From contig OY780959.1 of NCBI GenBank assembly GCA_963675915.1, positions 900,001-932,000 on the forward strand: DNA of 32,000 nt, in the 5' to 3' direction. Position 1 is the first letter of the stretch; each line of letters opens with the position of its first letter. The notes below the pieces were generated by a model, which worked only from the letters and a program-made list of their open reading frames with translations, did no database searches and was not told the origin of the DNA. Both the position numbers and the translations under genes were made by a program. Of this stretch, positions 9,557-17,985 are shown one piece after another. Origin of the DNA: Coprobacillaceae bacterium. Its GTDB lineage: Bacteria; Bacillota_I; Bacilli_A; Erysipelotrichales; Coprobacillaceae.

Positions 9557-10605
9557 CAATACCACTTATTCTCCTCTATCACCCGCAGATGTTCGCTGTA
9601 AGAACGGGAATAAATCACGGTTCCGTCCTGAGTCGCGAAAAAATAATAATAATCATTTGGCGTGTAATTCAACACCGAAACGAAGATATCCTTGTCGATA
9701 GTCGCAATCGGACCGACCGGCAAGCCGCGGTACATATATGTATTGTATTTTGAATCAACCTCAAGATCATCATAGGTCACGGCGACCTTGACCACCTCAT
9801 TGGCATAATTGACAGTCACATCCGATTGAAGCGGCATGTTTGCTTCAATCCGGTTGACAAACACCCCGGTAATCATCAAAGCATCCTTGGCATTCAAACT
9901 TTCACTTTGAACAATCGATGCCAAGGTGACAAACTGATGCGCGCTTTGGCTGGTGCCGTCGATTTCAAAGTTATCAATCGAATCTTTCAGGGGCGTGAGA
10001 ATCTTGTCAGTCTGAACCAGCATCGCTTCGACCAGCTGTTCAATCATCCTGTCACTCTCTTGAATCAGATAAGTATCCGGAGCCAGATAACCTTCAAGCG
10101 GATATCGGATTCCATCTTCCAATATTTCATCGCTTAACCACCAGTACTCCTCAATCCAACCTTTCAGATTGTCCCGGTCATTAATATAACTCATAAACTC
10201 TTCACTGTCAATTGAGGCAGCTTCGAGGGCTTTAGCGAAATCACTGATCCGGTTGCCATCAAGGAGGGTAACCTGAGCCATGATCACATACTCGGGATCA
10301 CCCGTTGCAATGATATCCAGAATTTTTGCCAGCGACATGCTTTGGTTCAACTCATAGCTGTTGGCCTGAACGCCCGCAACATCATTAAGGCGGCAATAAA
10401 TCCGGGCCACCATTTCATTGGAAATCAACTGAGCCTCTTCCAGGTCAACCAGCACGCCGTTCAAGGTCGCTCCGCTTTCCACGGTGAAAACAACCATCTG
10501 GTCATCATTACTGACGGGATTGATATTGCTTTGGTAGAAAAAAACCGCAAACAAGCCGCCCGCAACTATTATGGTGGCGGCGACAATCAAGATTACTTTT
10601 TTCAT
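9556..10605 (-). CDS. mltG: Endolytic murein transglycosylase MltG (YceG-like)
   Basis: There is an N-terminal TM segment (KKVILIVAATIIVAGGLFAVFF) and YceG motifs: LASIVQSE, VFVNRIEANMPLQSDVTV, YNTYMYRGLPVGPIA and YYYFFATQDG. Confidence 0.93.
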   Translation of the reverse strand: MKKVILIVAATIIVAGGLFAVFFYQSNINPVSNDDQMVVFTVESGATLNGVLVDLEEAQLISNEMVARIYCRLNDVAGVQANSYELNQSMSLAKILDIIATGDPEYVIMAQVTLLDGNRISDFAKALEAASIDSEEFMSYINDRDNLKGWIEEYWWLSDEILEDGIRYPLEGYLAPDTYLIQESDRMIEQLVEAMLVQTDKILTPLKDSIDNFEIDGTSQSAHQFVTLASIVQSESLNAKDALMITGVFVNRIEANMPLQSDVTVNYANEVVKVAVTYDDLEVDSKYNTYMYRGLPVGPIATIDKDIFVSVLNYTPNDYYYFFATQDGTVIYSRSYSEHLRVIEENKWY

Positions 10606-10695
10606 TATATGACTCCTTATCCAAACAGAAGCTCTAAAGCCTCTTAGAATATTTCTTATTAACTATATGATTATACCATAAAGATAAAAATATGT

Positions 10696-10728
10696 ATAAA
10701 AAAACTAAATTTTTAACAAATTTAGTTT
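10696..10728 (-). terminator. Rho-independent terminator after the lactonase-like gene
   Basis: On the minus strand AAACTAAATTT-gttaa-AAATTTAGTTT is followed by TTTTAT. Confidence 0.6.
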
Positions 10729-10737
10729 CCCTATTTT

Positions 10738-11847
10738 CTAAAGTTTGGCAATGAATTTGGTCAGACATACCGGTTCATGAACCTGATAACCATGACCAAG
10801 ATCCTGCAGGATCACCTTTTTACCTTCCAAAACCCGATATGACTCGATTGAAGAACCATCCGAGCAAGCCACTACCGCCAGGGTATCTTCATAGATAATC
10901 AAGTCAATTGGATCTTTTGAAGTATCACAGAAATCACGGTAAGCCAGAGTACAATCCTCATTGATATCGAACAGGACGATACTATCATCACCGCTGTTAG
11001 TTACAAACAAATGGTCTTCCTTATCATTGATTGCAATATTGGTAGCGATATTTTGGGCTTCCCCAATTTCCTTATTGTACGAATCTACTGTCTGGATCAG
11101 TTTGAAATCATAACCGTCAACCTCGTACAATTCGACAGTTGACGCCACCTGATTCAGGATATATGCATGACGGCCATCCTTGGTGAAAACCATCTTTTTA
11201 GGACCGTTACCTGGTTTGACCTTGAATGAATGGGTTTCATCTTTGGTGAATTTCCCTTCTTCGTCATAATCAAGGAAAACAACCTCGTCAAGTCCCAAAT
11301 CAAGATAGACAATCTTGTTTGTCCCTTCATAAGCATGAACAAAAACCGGATGGGAACCTGATTGATATTTATGATCGACCGAAGACCCTTCCTGAGCGAA
11401 AGTATCTTTGATTTTTACCAGTTTCTTTTTGACAATCTTGATGCTGGCAACTTCCCCGTTGTGATAATCGGCAACGAAAATATAAGTCGCGGTGGTATCA
11501 TCACCATTGGCGCAACCATGAACATAAGTCTTCCCTTGGTCGCTGGCACGGGATACCAGAGCCAGCAAGTCCGCTGAAGCCGTATAGGAATTGATTCCTC
11601 CCTGAGCTCCGACTCCCTGTTGATTGCGGTAAGTCACACAGACAAAACGCCCATAGTTGAAAGCATAATTTGGATCGACCGGAGTCGAAAACAAGTGCTT
11701 TGGTAAAATTTCTCCTGTATCTAAATCTACTTGGAAAGTATGAATTCCTCGTGTTTGTTTATTACCGTGCAGACAGGCAAAAAATGAATCCGTACGACGA
11801 CGTTGGACCAGCCTTTCCACACCCATAAATGCATCAAAAAATCTCAT
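10738..11847 (-). CDS. Lactonase-type 7-bladed beta-propeller protein (6-phosphogluconolactonase/YkgB-like)
   Basis: This 369-aa ORF has propeller-like repeats: GIHTFQVDLDTGEI, IFVADYHNGEVASIKI, VFVHAYEGTNKIVYLDLGLDEVVF, AYILNQVASTVELYEV and LFVTNSGDDSIVLFDI. The family assignment is by motif resemblance only. Confidence 0.65.
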   Translation of the reverse strand: MRFFDAFMGVERLVQRRRTDSFFACLHGNKQTRGIHTFQVDLDTGEILPKHLFSTPVDPNYAFNYGRFVCVTYRNQQGVGAQGGINSYTASADLLALVSRASDQGKTYVHGCANGDDTTATYIFVADYHNGEVASIKIVKKKLVKIKDTFAQEGSSVDHKYQSGSHPVFVHAYEGTNKIVYLDLGLDEVVFLDYDEEGKFTKDETHSFKVKPGNGPKKMVFTKDGRHAYILNQVASTVELYEVDGYDFKLIQTVDSYNKEIGEAQNIATNIAINDKEDHLFVTNSGDDSIVLFDINEDCTLAYRDFCDTSKDPIDLIIYEDTLAVVACSDGSSIESYRVLEGKKVILQDLGHGYQVHEPVCLTKFIAKL

Positions 11848-11971
11848 TTAGCGAATCACTCCTTTTATTAGTTATCACCAATTATACCATACTTTTAAGC
11901 GATAACTATGATTTTCGCATTTTTAAAAAAGTTTTTGTAATCGCTTAACCCGAACCACTTGGCTTGAAAAC

Positions 11972-12010
11972 AAAAAAATCCGGAAGTTATCAGGATAAAA
12001 CAACTTCCGG
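11972..12010 (-). terminator. Rho-independent terminator after the AKR gene
   Basis: On the minus strand CCGGAAGTT, a 13-nt loop and AACTTCCGG are followed by ATTTTTTTG. Confidence 0.65.
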
Positions 12011-12018
12011 TGATTTTC

Positions 12019-13149
12019 TTATTCGCCCTCGAAAAATTCAGCCACTTTGGCCAACTGATCACGAATCGCGATATGTTGAGGACATTGCGGTTCACATTTC
12101 CCGCATTTGATGCATTTGCTGGCCCTTTGCTCGGGTTTGACTGAAGCCAAGTATGATTCCTTAACCCCTTCAGGATCCCCGAACATGAAAGCCCGGTTAT
12201 AATATGAGAAGTTGCGGGGAATATCCACTCCGACCGGACAAGGCATGCAATATTGACAAGCGGTACAGCTGACTTGCATTTTAGATTCGAAGACAGCTTT
12301 GACTTTTTTAATCATCGCCTTTTCCGCCCCGTCAAGACAACCCGGTTCCATTTCGCTGGCTGTAGCGATATTGTCATCAAGCTGTTCAATCGAGTTCATT
12401 CCGCTTAAAATGACTTTGACATTGTCATAATTGTAAAGATAACGCAGTGCGAAGCTTGCCGGTGAACGGTCTTTGTCGATTGATGCAAACAGATCCATGA
12501 TTTCCGGGGCGATATTAGCCGCGAGCGAGCCCCCTCGCAGCGGTTCCATGATGATCACTCCGATATTGCGGTCTTTGGCATATTGAAGTCCTTCCAATCC
12601 GGCCTGATAATCCTCATCAAGGTAGTTAAGCTGAATCTGGCAGAATTCCCAGCTATCGTATTCATCGATGATCTGTTTGAAAACATCCAAGGTATCATGG
12701 AAAGAAAAACCGATGTGTTTGATTTTTCCTGACGCTTTGGCTTTTTCAATGAAATCGAAGACTCCGTTGGCTTTGTAATTTTCCCAACGTTCCTTATCCA
12801 AGGCATGGAGCAGATAGAAATCGATTTGATCGGTTTCCAGCCGCTCGAGTTGTTTGTCAAGATAGGTGTCCATGTCTTCCCTACTTTTGATCAGCCAAGA
12901 TGGCAATTTGGTTGCCAATTGGACTTTTTCCCGGTAACCATACTTCAGCGCTTTGGCTACCAGTTGTTCCGACATTCCGTCATGATATGGCCAGGCCGTA
13001 TCGATATAAGTGATCCCCTGATCGATCCCATAGCGGATCTGGGCGATTGCATCAGTTTCATTGATTGTCCCATCTTCGTTTTTAGGCAGCCTCATGCAGC
13101 CAAATCCCAAAATGGATACTTCTTCATTTGCAAGTTTGCGATATTTCAT
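12019..13149 (-). CDS. Aldo/keto reductase fused to a C-terminal 4Fe-4S ferredoxin-type cluster domain
   Basis: The N-terminus shows an AKR fold (MKYRKLANEEVSILGFGCMRLP...YIDTAWPYHDG...IDFYLLHAL). The C-terminus has the Cys motifs CTACQYCMPCPVGVDIP and CIKCGKCEPQCPQHI. I placed the start at ATG 13149 after GGAGGG; the track uses TTG 13161. Confidence 0.9.
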   Translation of the reverse strand: MKYRKLANEEVSILGFGCMRLPKNEDGTINETDAIAQIRYGIDQGITYIDTAWPYHDGMSEQLVAKALKYGYREKVQLATKLPSWLIKSREDMDTYLDKQLERLETDQIDFYLLHALDKERWENYKANGVFDFIEKAKASGKIKHIGFSFHDTLDVFKQIIDEYDSWEFCQIQLNYLDEDYQAGLEGLQYAKDRNIGVIIMEPLRGGSLAANIAPEIMDLFASIDKDRSPASFALRYLYNYDNVKVILSGMNSIEQLDDNIATASEMEPGCLDGAEKAMIKKVKAVFESKMQVSCTACQYCMPCPVGVDIPRNFSYYNRAFMFGDPEGVKESYLASVKPEQRASKCIKCGKCEPQCPQHIAIRDQLAKVAEFFEGE

Positions 13150-13266
13150 AATTCCCTCCAAATTTCCTTTTTTACATATATTTCCAGTTTACACCTTAAA
13201 GTCCTGTCCAAGTCAAGGTTTCCAAGGCAACTTTCACAACTTGAAACACCGTAGTTGCCACGAAGC

Positions 13267-13292
13267 AAAAAAGTGTACCGTTACCGGCACAC
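13267..13292 (-). terminator. Rho-independent terminator after the 101-aa membrane gene (copy A of the repeat)
   Basis: On the minus strand GTGTGCCGGTAACGGTACAC is followed by TTTTTT. Confidence 0.6.
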
Positions 13293-13323
13293 CTGGTTTT
13301 ACTCTTTTTCTTCGCTTTGTTCT
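13267..13323. repeat. Direct repeat copy A (terminator plus a relic of the yrzB 3' end)
   Basis: This copy aligns by hand with 14060-14116 at an offset of 793 nt and matches at roughly 85% of positions. The minus strand reads gaa caa agc gaa gaa aaa gag taa, compared with the genuine yrzB end gac gaa agc gaa gac gaa gag taa. Confidence 0.8.
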
Positions 13324-13333
13324 GGTCCACCTT

Positions 13334-13639
13334 TTAAAGACCCATCATCGCCAAAAACAGCACCAGAACCACATTCAACATGATAAAGGTAGTTTTGACG
13401 ATTTTAAACGCTTTTTTAGCACCTTTGGTCTTGGCAGTTCGTGAAGCCCAAAATCCTACTGGTACCCAGATGACCGTAAAATAGGCAGCCCGGACAAAAA
13501 AAGACAAAACCATTTCCATAATAAGATCAAAACCAGTCGGCAAGCTTTCCCCGTACATTATCATCAGGGCAACTGTCGGAATAACCGGGGTTAATACCCA
13601 AGCAATCAAGCTGATTTTCCAGCCATAGTTGATTTTCAT
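13334..13639 (-). CDS. Hypothetical small membrane protein (101 aa, about 3 TM)
   Basis: The ORF has a strong RBS (AAGGAGGataataatATG) and three hydrophobic segments. I recognised no family. Confidence 0.65.
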   Translation of the reverse strand: MKINYGWKISLIAWVLTPVIPTVALMIMYGESLPTGFDLIMEMVLSFFVRAAYFTVIWVPVGFWASRTAKTKGAKKAFKIVKTTFIMLNVVLVLFLAMMGL

Positions 13640-13893
13640 ATTATTATCCTCCTTAACAGCATTTAATCGGCATTACTAAATAACTTGAAATGGAACGAGG
13701 TGAAATTAGCGACTTTCTAGTCAGGCTTGGCAATCTATTAGCAACAAGGCTTAAGCTGACTTGGAGAAATTATTATCGTCAATTGTTTTACCTCAATATT
13801 TTGTGCACTCTTTGCGATAATATCGACCTGATTTACTTATAATCAGCAAAAATAGGACAAAACCACTTATTTAATCGCTGATTCCCTACACAA
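13640..13893 (-). promoter_or_regulatory. Long structured 5' leader (about 245 nt) of the 101-aa membrane gene; candidate attenuator or riboswitch of unknown class
   Basis: The leader lies between a consensus-like promoter and the RBS and contains no ORF of 60 aa or more. There are mutually exclusive pairings: AATCAGC (13883-13877) or ATCAG (13832-13828) can each pair with GCTGATT (13847-13841). A 9-bp helix AGTCAGCTT/AAGcCTGACT encloses about 25 nt. Confidence 0.35.
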
Positions 13894-13922
13894 ATTATAT
13901 CACTGTGTGGTTTTATTTACAA
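13894..13922 (-). promoter_or_regulatory. Sigma-A-type promoter (TTGTAA, 17-nt spacer, TATAAT)
   Basis: The minus strand reads ttgtaa-ataaaaccacacagtga-tataat. Confidence 0.55.
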
Positions 13923-14058
13923 TAACAACAAATATTTGCTATAGCAACTTCCCTACGACTGCGTCCCCTCACCTTAACAATTTTTTAACCAACTATCCTG
14001 AGCCTCCATAACTTGATTAAAACTATTTCATGAAAGCAATACAGCAAAAAAAGCCCGC

Positions 14059-14085
14059 AAAAAAAGTGCACCGTAACCGGCACAC
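14059..14085 (-). terminator. Rho-independent terminator after yrzB (copy B of the repeat)
   Basis: On the minus strand GTGTGCCGGTTACGGTGCAC (8-bp stem including two G-U pairs, 4-nt loop) is followed by TTTTTTT. Confidence 0.7.
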
Positions 14086-14116
14086 TTGATTTTACTCTTC
14101 GTCTTCGCTTTCGTCT
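14060..14116. repeat. Direct repeat copy B (the genuine yrzB 3' end plus terminator)
   Basis: See copy A at 13267-13323. Confidence 0.8.
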
Positions 14117-14364
14117 TCAGCCATGTAAGCTGAGAAAACTTCTTCGATGAAATCCCACTCTTCAGGAGTTTCAACATCATCAAGAGTTCCGTCTTCAAAG
14201 AACACGCTTGTGAATACTTCACCATCTTCGCTTTCAGGATCAAAGTAAAGAACATAGCTTTTTCCCAGTTCATCATTGGTAACTGTGAAAAGAACTTCGT
14301 ACTCTTTTGAGTTTCCTTCAGCATCTTCGATTGTGATGATTCCTTCATTCAATATATTATCCAT
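14092..14364 (-). CDS. yrzB: DUF1292 family protein (YrzB-like)
   Basis: The protein reads MDNILNEGIITIEDAEGNSKEYEVLFTVTNDELGKSYVLYFDPE...EVFTSVFFEDGTLDDVETPEEWDFIEEVF with an acidic tail. The upstream part of the track ORF (to 14574) overlaps ruvX in another frame and I treat it as spurious. Confidence 0.85.
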   Translation of the reverse strand: MDNILNEGIITIEDAEGNSKEYEVLFTVTNDELGKSYVLYFDPESEDGEVFTSVFFEDGTLDDVETPEEWDFIEEVFSAYMAEDESEDEE

Positions 14365-14366
14365 CT

Positions 14367-14792
14367 TTATACCCTGTTTGAATCGAGATATCCTTGCAAT
14401 ATCGCGACTGCAGCCATCTTGTCGATGACTTCCTTTCTCTTCTTTCTTGAAACATCGGCGAAAATCAAGGCATCCTGGGCGATTTTGGTCGTCAGACGTT
14501 CGTCTTCTAGAATCACATTGATTCCTTCGATATTCTCTTCCAGCATTTCCTTGAACATATCCGAAATTTCGCAACGGATTCCGACATCATTATTCATGTG
14601 TTTGGGATAGCCCAAAACAATATCTTCAATTCCGTTTTGTTCAACCAGTTCCTTGACGCGGGCAAGCACTTTTTCGTATTGACCTTCTCGAAAACGGAAA
14701 GTCTCGACACCGTGAGCCAGCATCCCCAGCGCATCGCTCATTGCGATGCCGCAGGTTCGGGAACCTAAGTCCAATCCTAAGATTTTTTTCAT
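14367..14792 (-). CDS. ruvX: Putative pre-16S rRNA nuclease / Holliday junction resolvase-like protein RuvX (YqgF/YrrK)
   Basis: The sequence MKKILGLDLGSRTCGIAMSDALGMLAHGVETF...GYPKHMNNDVG...ERLTTKIAQDAL is a typical YqgF signature. Confidence 0.93.
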   Translation of the reverse strand: MKKILGLDLGSRTCGIAMSDALGMLAHGVETFRFREGQYEKVLARVKELVEQNGIEDIVLGYPKHMNNDVGIRCEISDMFKEMLEENIEGINVILEDERLTTKIAQDALIFADVSRKKRKEVIDKMAAVAILQGYLDSNRV

Positions 14793-15044
14793 TTATTTCT
14801 CCAAATAAGCTTTAACTAACTCTTCGATAATTTCATCACGATCAATTTGTTGAATCAGATTACGAGCATTGCGATAACTAGAAATATAAGCAGGATCGTT
14901 TGAAATCAAATATCCTGTTATTTGATGCACCGCATTATACCCACGCTCGTTCAATGCTTCAATCACTGTTTCCAAAGTGTTTCGAATCATCTCACGACGC
15001 ATATCATCAGAGCTAAATACTTTTGTTTTTCCAATATCCATCAT
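14793..15044 (-). CDS. yrzL: IreB/UPF0297 family regulatory protein (YrzL-like)
   Basis: The sequence ...TLETVIEALNERGYNAVHQITGYLISNDPAYISSYRNARNLIQQIDRDEIIEELVKAYLE matches the family. I placed the start at ATG 15044, 7 nt after GGAGGG. Confidence 0.9.
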   Translation of the reverse strand: MMDIGKTKVFSSDDMRREMIRNTLETVIEALNERGYNAVHQITGYLISNDPAYISSYRNARNLIQQIDRDEIIEELVKAYLEK

Positions 15045-15104
15045 TACTGCGCCCTCCAAATCTAAAAAAATTATAGCACAAATAAGTAACTAATGAAACA
15101 AATT

Positions 15105-17720
15105 TTATGTAATAATTATCTTTTCAAGTCCGCCTTCAATCACATCAAGCTGACTTGCTTCCTGGCATCCACCTTGAGCGAAGTCCGGTTTCCCGCCTCC
15201 ACGTCCGTCAGTCAATCCATTGATTGCTTTAACGATATTTCCGGCTTTATAACCAGCTTTGACCATATCTTTGGTAACTCCGACATAGTATGAAGCTTTT
15301 TTACCGTCAAAGTTGGTCATAACCACGATTCCTGATTGGATCTTGTCACGAAGATCAAGCGCCAATTGTTTTGGTTTACCACCATCAAGTTGTTGAGCGG
15401 TGAACAGAACTTTGACTCCGTTGATTTCTTTAACTCCATCAAGCAAGTCATTGGCTGCCAGGGCATTAAGTTTTCCAGTCAGCACTTCGATTTCTTTTTC
15501 ACAGTCACTCAGTTTTTCCAAAGTCGATTCAACTTTGACAACTACTTCATCACGGTTTTTGATTTTAAGAGTTTTGGCAACTGCATCGACAGTCGCTTTT
15601 TCTCCTTTGAACGCCTGATAAGCCAGGTTTCCAGTCACGGCTTCAATTCTTCTAATTCCCGAACCAACTGATTCTTCGCTGGCCAGTTTGAAGATTCCGA
15701 TGTTCATTGAATTTTCAACGTGGGTCCCCCCGCATAATTCTTTCGAGAATTCTCCGATTGAAACAACACGGACCACATCACCGTATTTGTCATCGAACAT
15801 TGCCGTAGCCCCTTCACCCAAAGCTTCTTCTTTAGCCATTTCCAGAGTCACTACCGCCATCCCTGACATGATTACTTCATTGACTTTGTCTTCAATGACA
15901 TTAAGCTGTTGAGCGGAGATTCTTTCAAAGTGAGTGAAGTCGAAACGCAGACGGGCATCATCGACATATGAACCGGCCTGACCGACATGATCACCGATGA
16001 CTTCTTTTAGCACTTGGTGCAGGATATGAGTTGCCGAATGGTTGGCTGCAATTTTAAGACGACGGGCTCCGTCAACTTTCAAAGTAGCCAGATCATCAAG
16101 TTTGACTGTCCCTGATTTGACTTCCACGATATGCAGGTGTTGGCCGTTAGGAGCCTTGATTACATCAGTGACTTCCAGTTCAAATCCGGCACCACTTACA
16201 GTTCCGGTATCACCACATTGCCCCCCCATCAAAGCATAGAAAGGAGTGCTGTCGAAAATGATTTCACCTTTCCCATCCAGGCTATCAGTTTTGACACCAT
16301 CTTGGAACAGTCCGATCACGGCAGCCTCTTTACAAAGAGTGCTATAGTCGAAGGTTGATTCCTTGGTGAACTCCATCAAATCAATCTGTTGTGCTTTCAT
16401 TGAATCCATATCATCACGGGCGTTACGTGAACGTTCTTTTTGGGCTTGAAGTTCTTCCTGGTAACCTTTTTGGTCAACTTGAAGATTGTTTTCTTCAGCG
16501 ATTTCCAAAGTAAGTTCATAAGGGAAACCATAAGTATCATATAATTTGAAAGCATCGGCCCCAGCGATAACACCGCTGGTGTTTGAAGCAATCAGTTCAT
16601 TGATCAGTTTTTCCCCGTGAGTCAGAGTCTTATGGAAAGCCTCTTCTTCTTTTCGAACCAAAGTCGATACGAAATCAACTTTTTCGGGCAGATATTCGTA
16701 ATATTCTTTCATGATATCCGATACGATTTGCACTAAAGAGAACATGAAAGCTGTCTCGATTCCGATTTGTTTTCCATAACGAACCGCTCTACGTAAGATC
16801 CGACGCAGGACGTATCCTCTTCCGGCATTATCGAACATCGCGCCATCACTTAATGCGAAAGTAACGGTACGGATATGATCGGCGATAACCCGGTAAGCCA
16901 TTTTATTGTCTTGGTAGGCAACATTGGCCATTTTTTCCACTTCATGGATGATTGGCAGGAAGAAATCAGTATCAAAGTTCGTTTCTCCACCTTGGATGAT
17001 GCTGACTAACCGTTCAAGACCCATCCCGGTATCGATATTTTTTTGTGGTAATTCCTGGTATTCCTCACGGCTAACCCCTTCTTGGGCGTTATATTGTGAG
17101 AAAACCAGGTTCCAAATTTCAATATAACGGTCGTTTTCCAATTCTTCATAGAACAGTTTTGTTCCCAGACCTTCAGGATCATATTTGTCCCCGCGGTCAT
17201 AGAAGATTTCACTGTCGGGACCACATGGTCCTTCTCCGATTTCCCAGTAGTTGCCCGGAGTTTTAAGCATATGATCAGGGCTGATTTTTTTGACATTGAC
17301 CCAATAGTTATAAGCTTCTTCATCCTTGTCATGGACAGTGATGTAAAGTTTATCCTTGTCAAAAGCCAAATATTTTTCATCAGTTAAAAATTCCCAAGCA
17401 AAGTCGATTGCTTCCAATTTGAAGTAATCTCCGATTGAGAAGTTCCCCAACATTTCAAAGAAAGTGTGGTGACGGGCAGTCTTTCCGACATTCTCGATAT
17501 CATTGGTACGGATTGATTTTTGGGCGTTGCAGATTCTAGGGTTTTCCGGTTTCACCGAACCATCGAAGTACTTTTTCAAAGCGGCAACACCGGCATTGAT
17601 CCAAAGCAGGGTCGGATCATTGTCGGGAATCAATGAGTGTGAAGGTTCGATTTTGTGACCTTTACTCTCGAAAAATTCCAAAAACATTTGTCTAACTTGA
17701 TTACCTGTTAATTCTTTCAT
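15105..17720 (-). CDS. alaS: Alanine--tRNA ligase
   Basis: This 871-aa ORF begins MKELTGNQVRQMFLEFFESKGHKIEPSHSLIPDNDPTLLWINAGV and contains ...FFEMLGNFSIGDYFK, the editing-domain HSATHILH...CGGTHV motifs, and a C-terminal DHHA1-like domain. Confidence 0.98.
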   Translation of the reverse strand: MKELTGNQVRQMFLEFFESKGHKIEPSHSLIPDNDPTLLWINAGVAALKKYFDGSVKPENPRICNAQKSIRTNDIENVGKTARHHTFFEMLGNFSIGDYFKLEAIDFAWEFLTDEKYLAFDKDKLYITVHDKDEEAYNYWVNVKKISPDHMLKTPGNYWEIGEGPCGPDSEIFYDRGDKYDPEGLGTKLFYEELENDRYIEIWNLVFSQYNAQEGVSREEYQELPQKNIDTGMGLERLVSIIQGGETNFDTDFFLPIIHEVEKMANVAYQDNKMAYRVIADHIRTVTFALSDGAMFDNAGRGYVLRRILRRAVRYGKQIGIETAFMFSLVQIVSDIMKEYYEYLPEKVDFVSTLVRKEEEAFHKTLTHGEKLINELIASNTSGVIAGADAFKLYDTYGFPYELTLEIAEENNLQVDQKGYQEELQAQKERSRNARDDMDSMKAQQIDLMEFTKESTFDYSTLCKEAAVIGLFQDGVKTDSLDGKGEIIFDSTPFYALMGGQCGDTGTVSGAGFELEVTDVIKAPNGQHLHIVEVKSGTVKLDDLATLKVDGARRLKIAANHSATHILHQVLKEVIGDHVGQAGSYVDDARLRFDFTHFERISAQQLNVIEDKVNEVIMSGMAVVTLEMAKEEALGEGATAMFDDKYGDVVRVVSIGEFSKELCGGTHVENSMNIGIFKLASEESVGSGIRRIEAVTGNLAYQAFKGEKATVDAVAKTLKIKNRDEVVVKVESTLEKLSDCEKEIEVLTGKLNALAANDLLDGVKEINGVKVLFTAQQLDGGKPKQLALDLRDKIQSGIVVMTNFDGKKASYYVGVTKDMVKAGYKAGNIVKAINGLTDGRGGGKPDFAQGGCQEASQLDVIEGGLEKIIIT

Positions 17721-17743
17721 AATTCCTCCATAAAATATAAAAA

Positions 17744-17940
17744 GTCGTTCCTAAATCTAGGAACGACAAAAGTCGCGGTACCATCCTAGTTCACCAGTTG
17801 TGGTGCACCTTAATTAGCCGTTAACGGGGCTTCGCCGGTAAGGGTTAGTTACTCTCGAAAGTAGCATTATTCCAGTCCTGTTGAATATTTGCACCAACCA
17901 TATTCTCTCTTGAAACCAAACCGGATAAATTCTTTCTCAT
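17744..17940 (-). promoter_or_regulatory. T-box riboswitch leader of alaS with a GCU (Ala) specifier
   Basis: On the minus strand there is an AGAGA box near 17911-17904 and a specifier context gaataatGCTa (GCT at 17865-17863). The T-box sequence aactaggaTGGTACCGCG lies at 17792-17774. The terminator GTCGTTCCTA-gatt-TAGGAACGAC followed by TTTTTAT lies at 17767-17744, and its 5' arm can alternatively pair with the T-box. Confidence 0.85.
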
Positions 17941-17953
17941 AGATTTCTATAAT

Positions 17954-17981
17954 ATTATAACGAATTCTTTTCAAATTACAA
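17954..17981 (-). promoter_or_regulatory. Promoter of the alaS T-box leader (TTGTAA, 16-nt spacer, TATAAT)
   Basis: The minus strand reads ttgtaa-tttgaaaagaattcgt-tataat, directly after the recD2 stop. Confidence 0.5.
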
Positions 17982-17985
17982 GAAT

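Noticed and set aside
13175-13225. A MerR-type promoter upstream of the AKR-FeS gene, with a 19-nt spacer (TTGACT-N19-TAAACT) and outer ACCTT...AAGGT symmetry.
   Set aside because: The dyad is only 5 bp per arm with a poorly symmetric interior. No MerR-family gene is nearby, and an alternative -10 choice gives an ordinary spacer. The evidence is too weak to call.
14365-14574. N-terminal 70-aa extension of the yrzB-like ORF (MRNFGYVQ...), and the 106-aa ORF at 14028-14348.
   Set aside because: The extension overlaps the 3' part of ruvX in another frame and is Arg-rich nonsense. The DUF1292-like sequence begins at MDNILNEG (ATG 14364), 2 nt after the ruvX stop. The 106-aa ORF is an out-of-frame overlap of yrzB.
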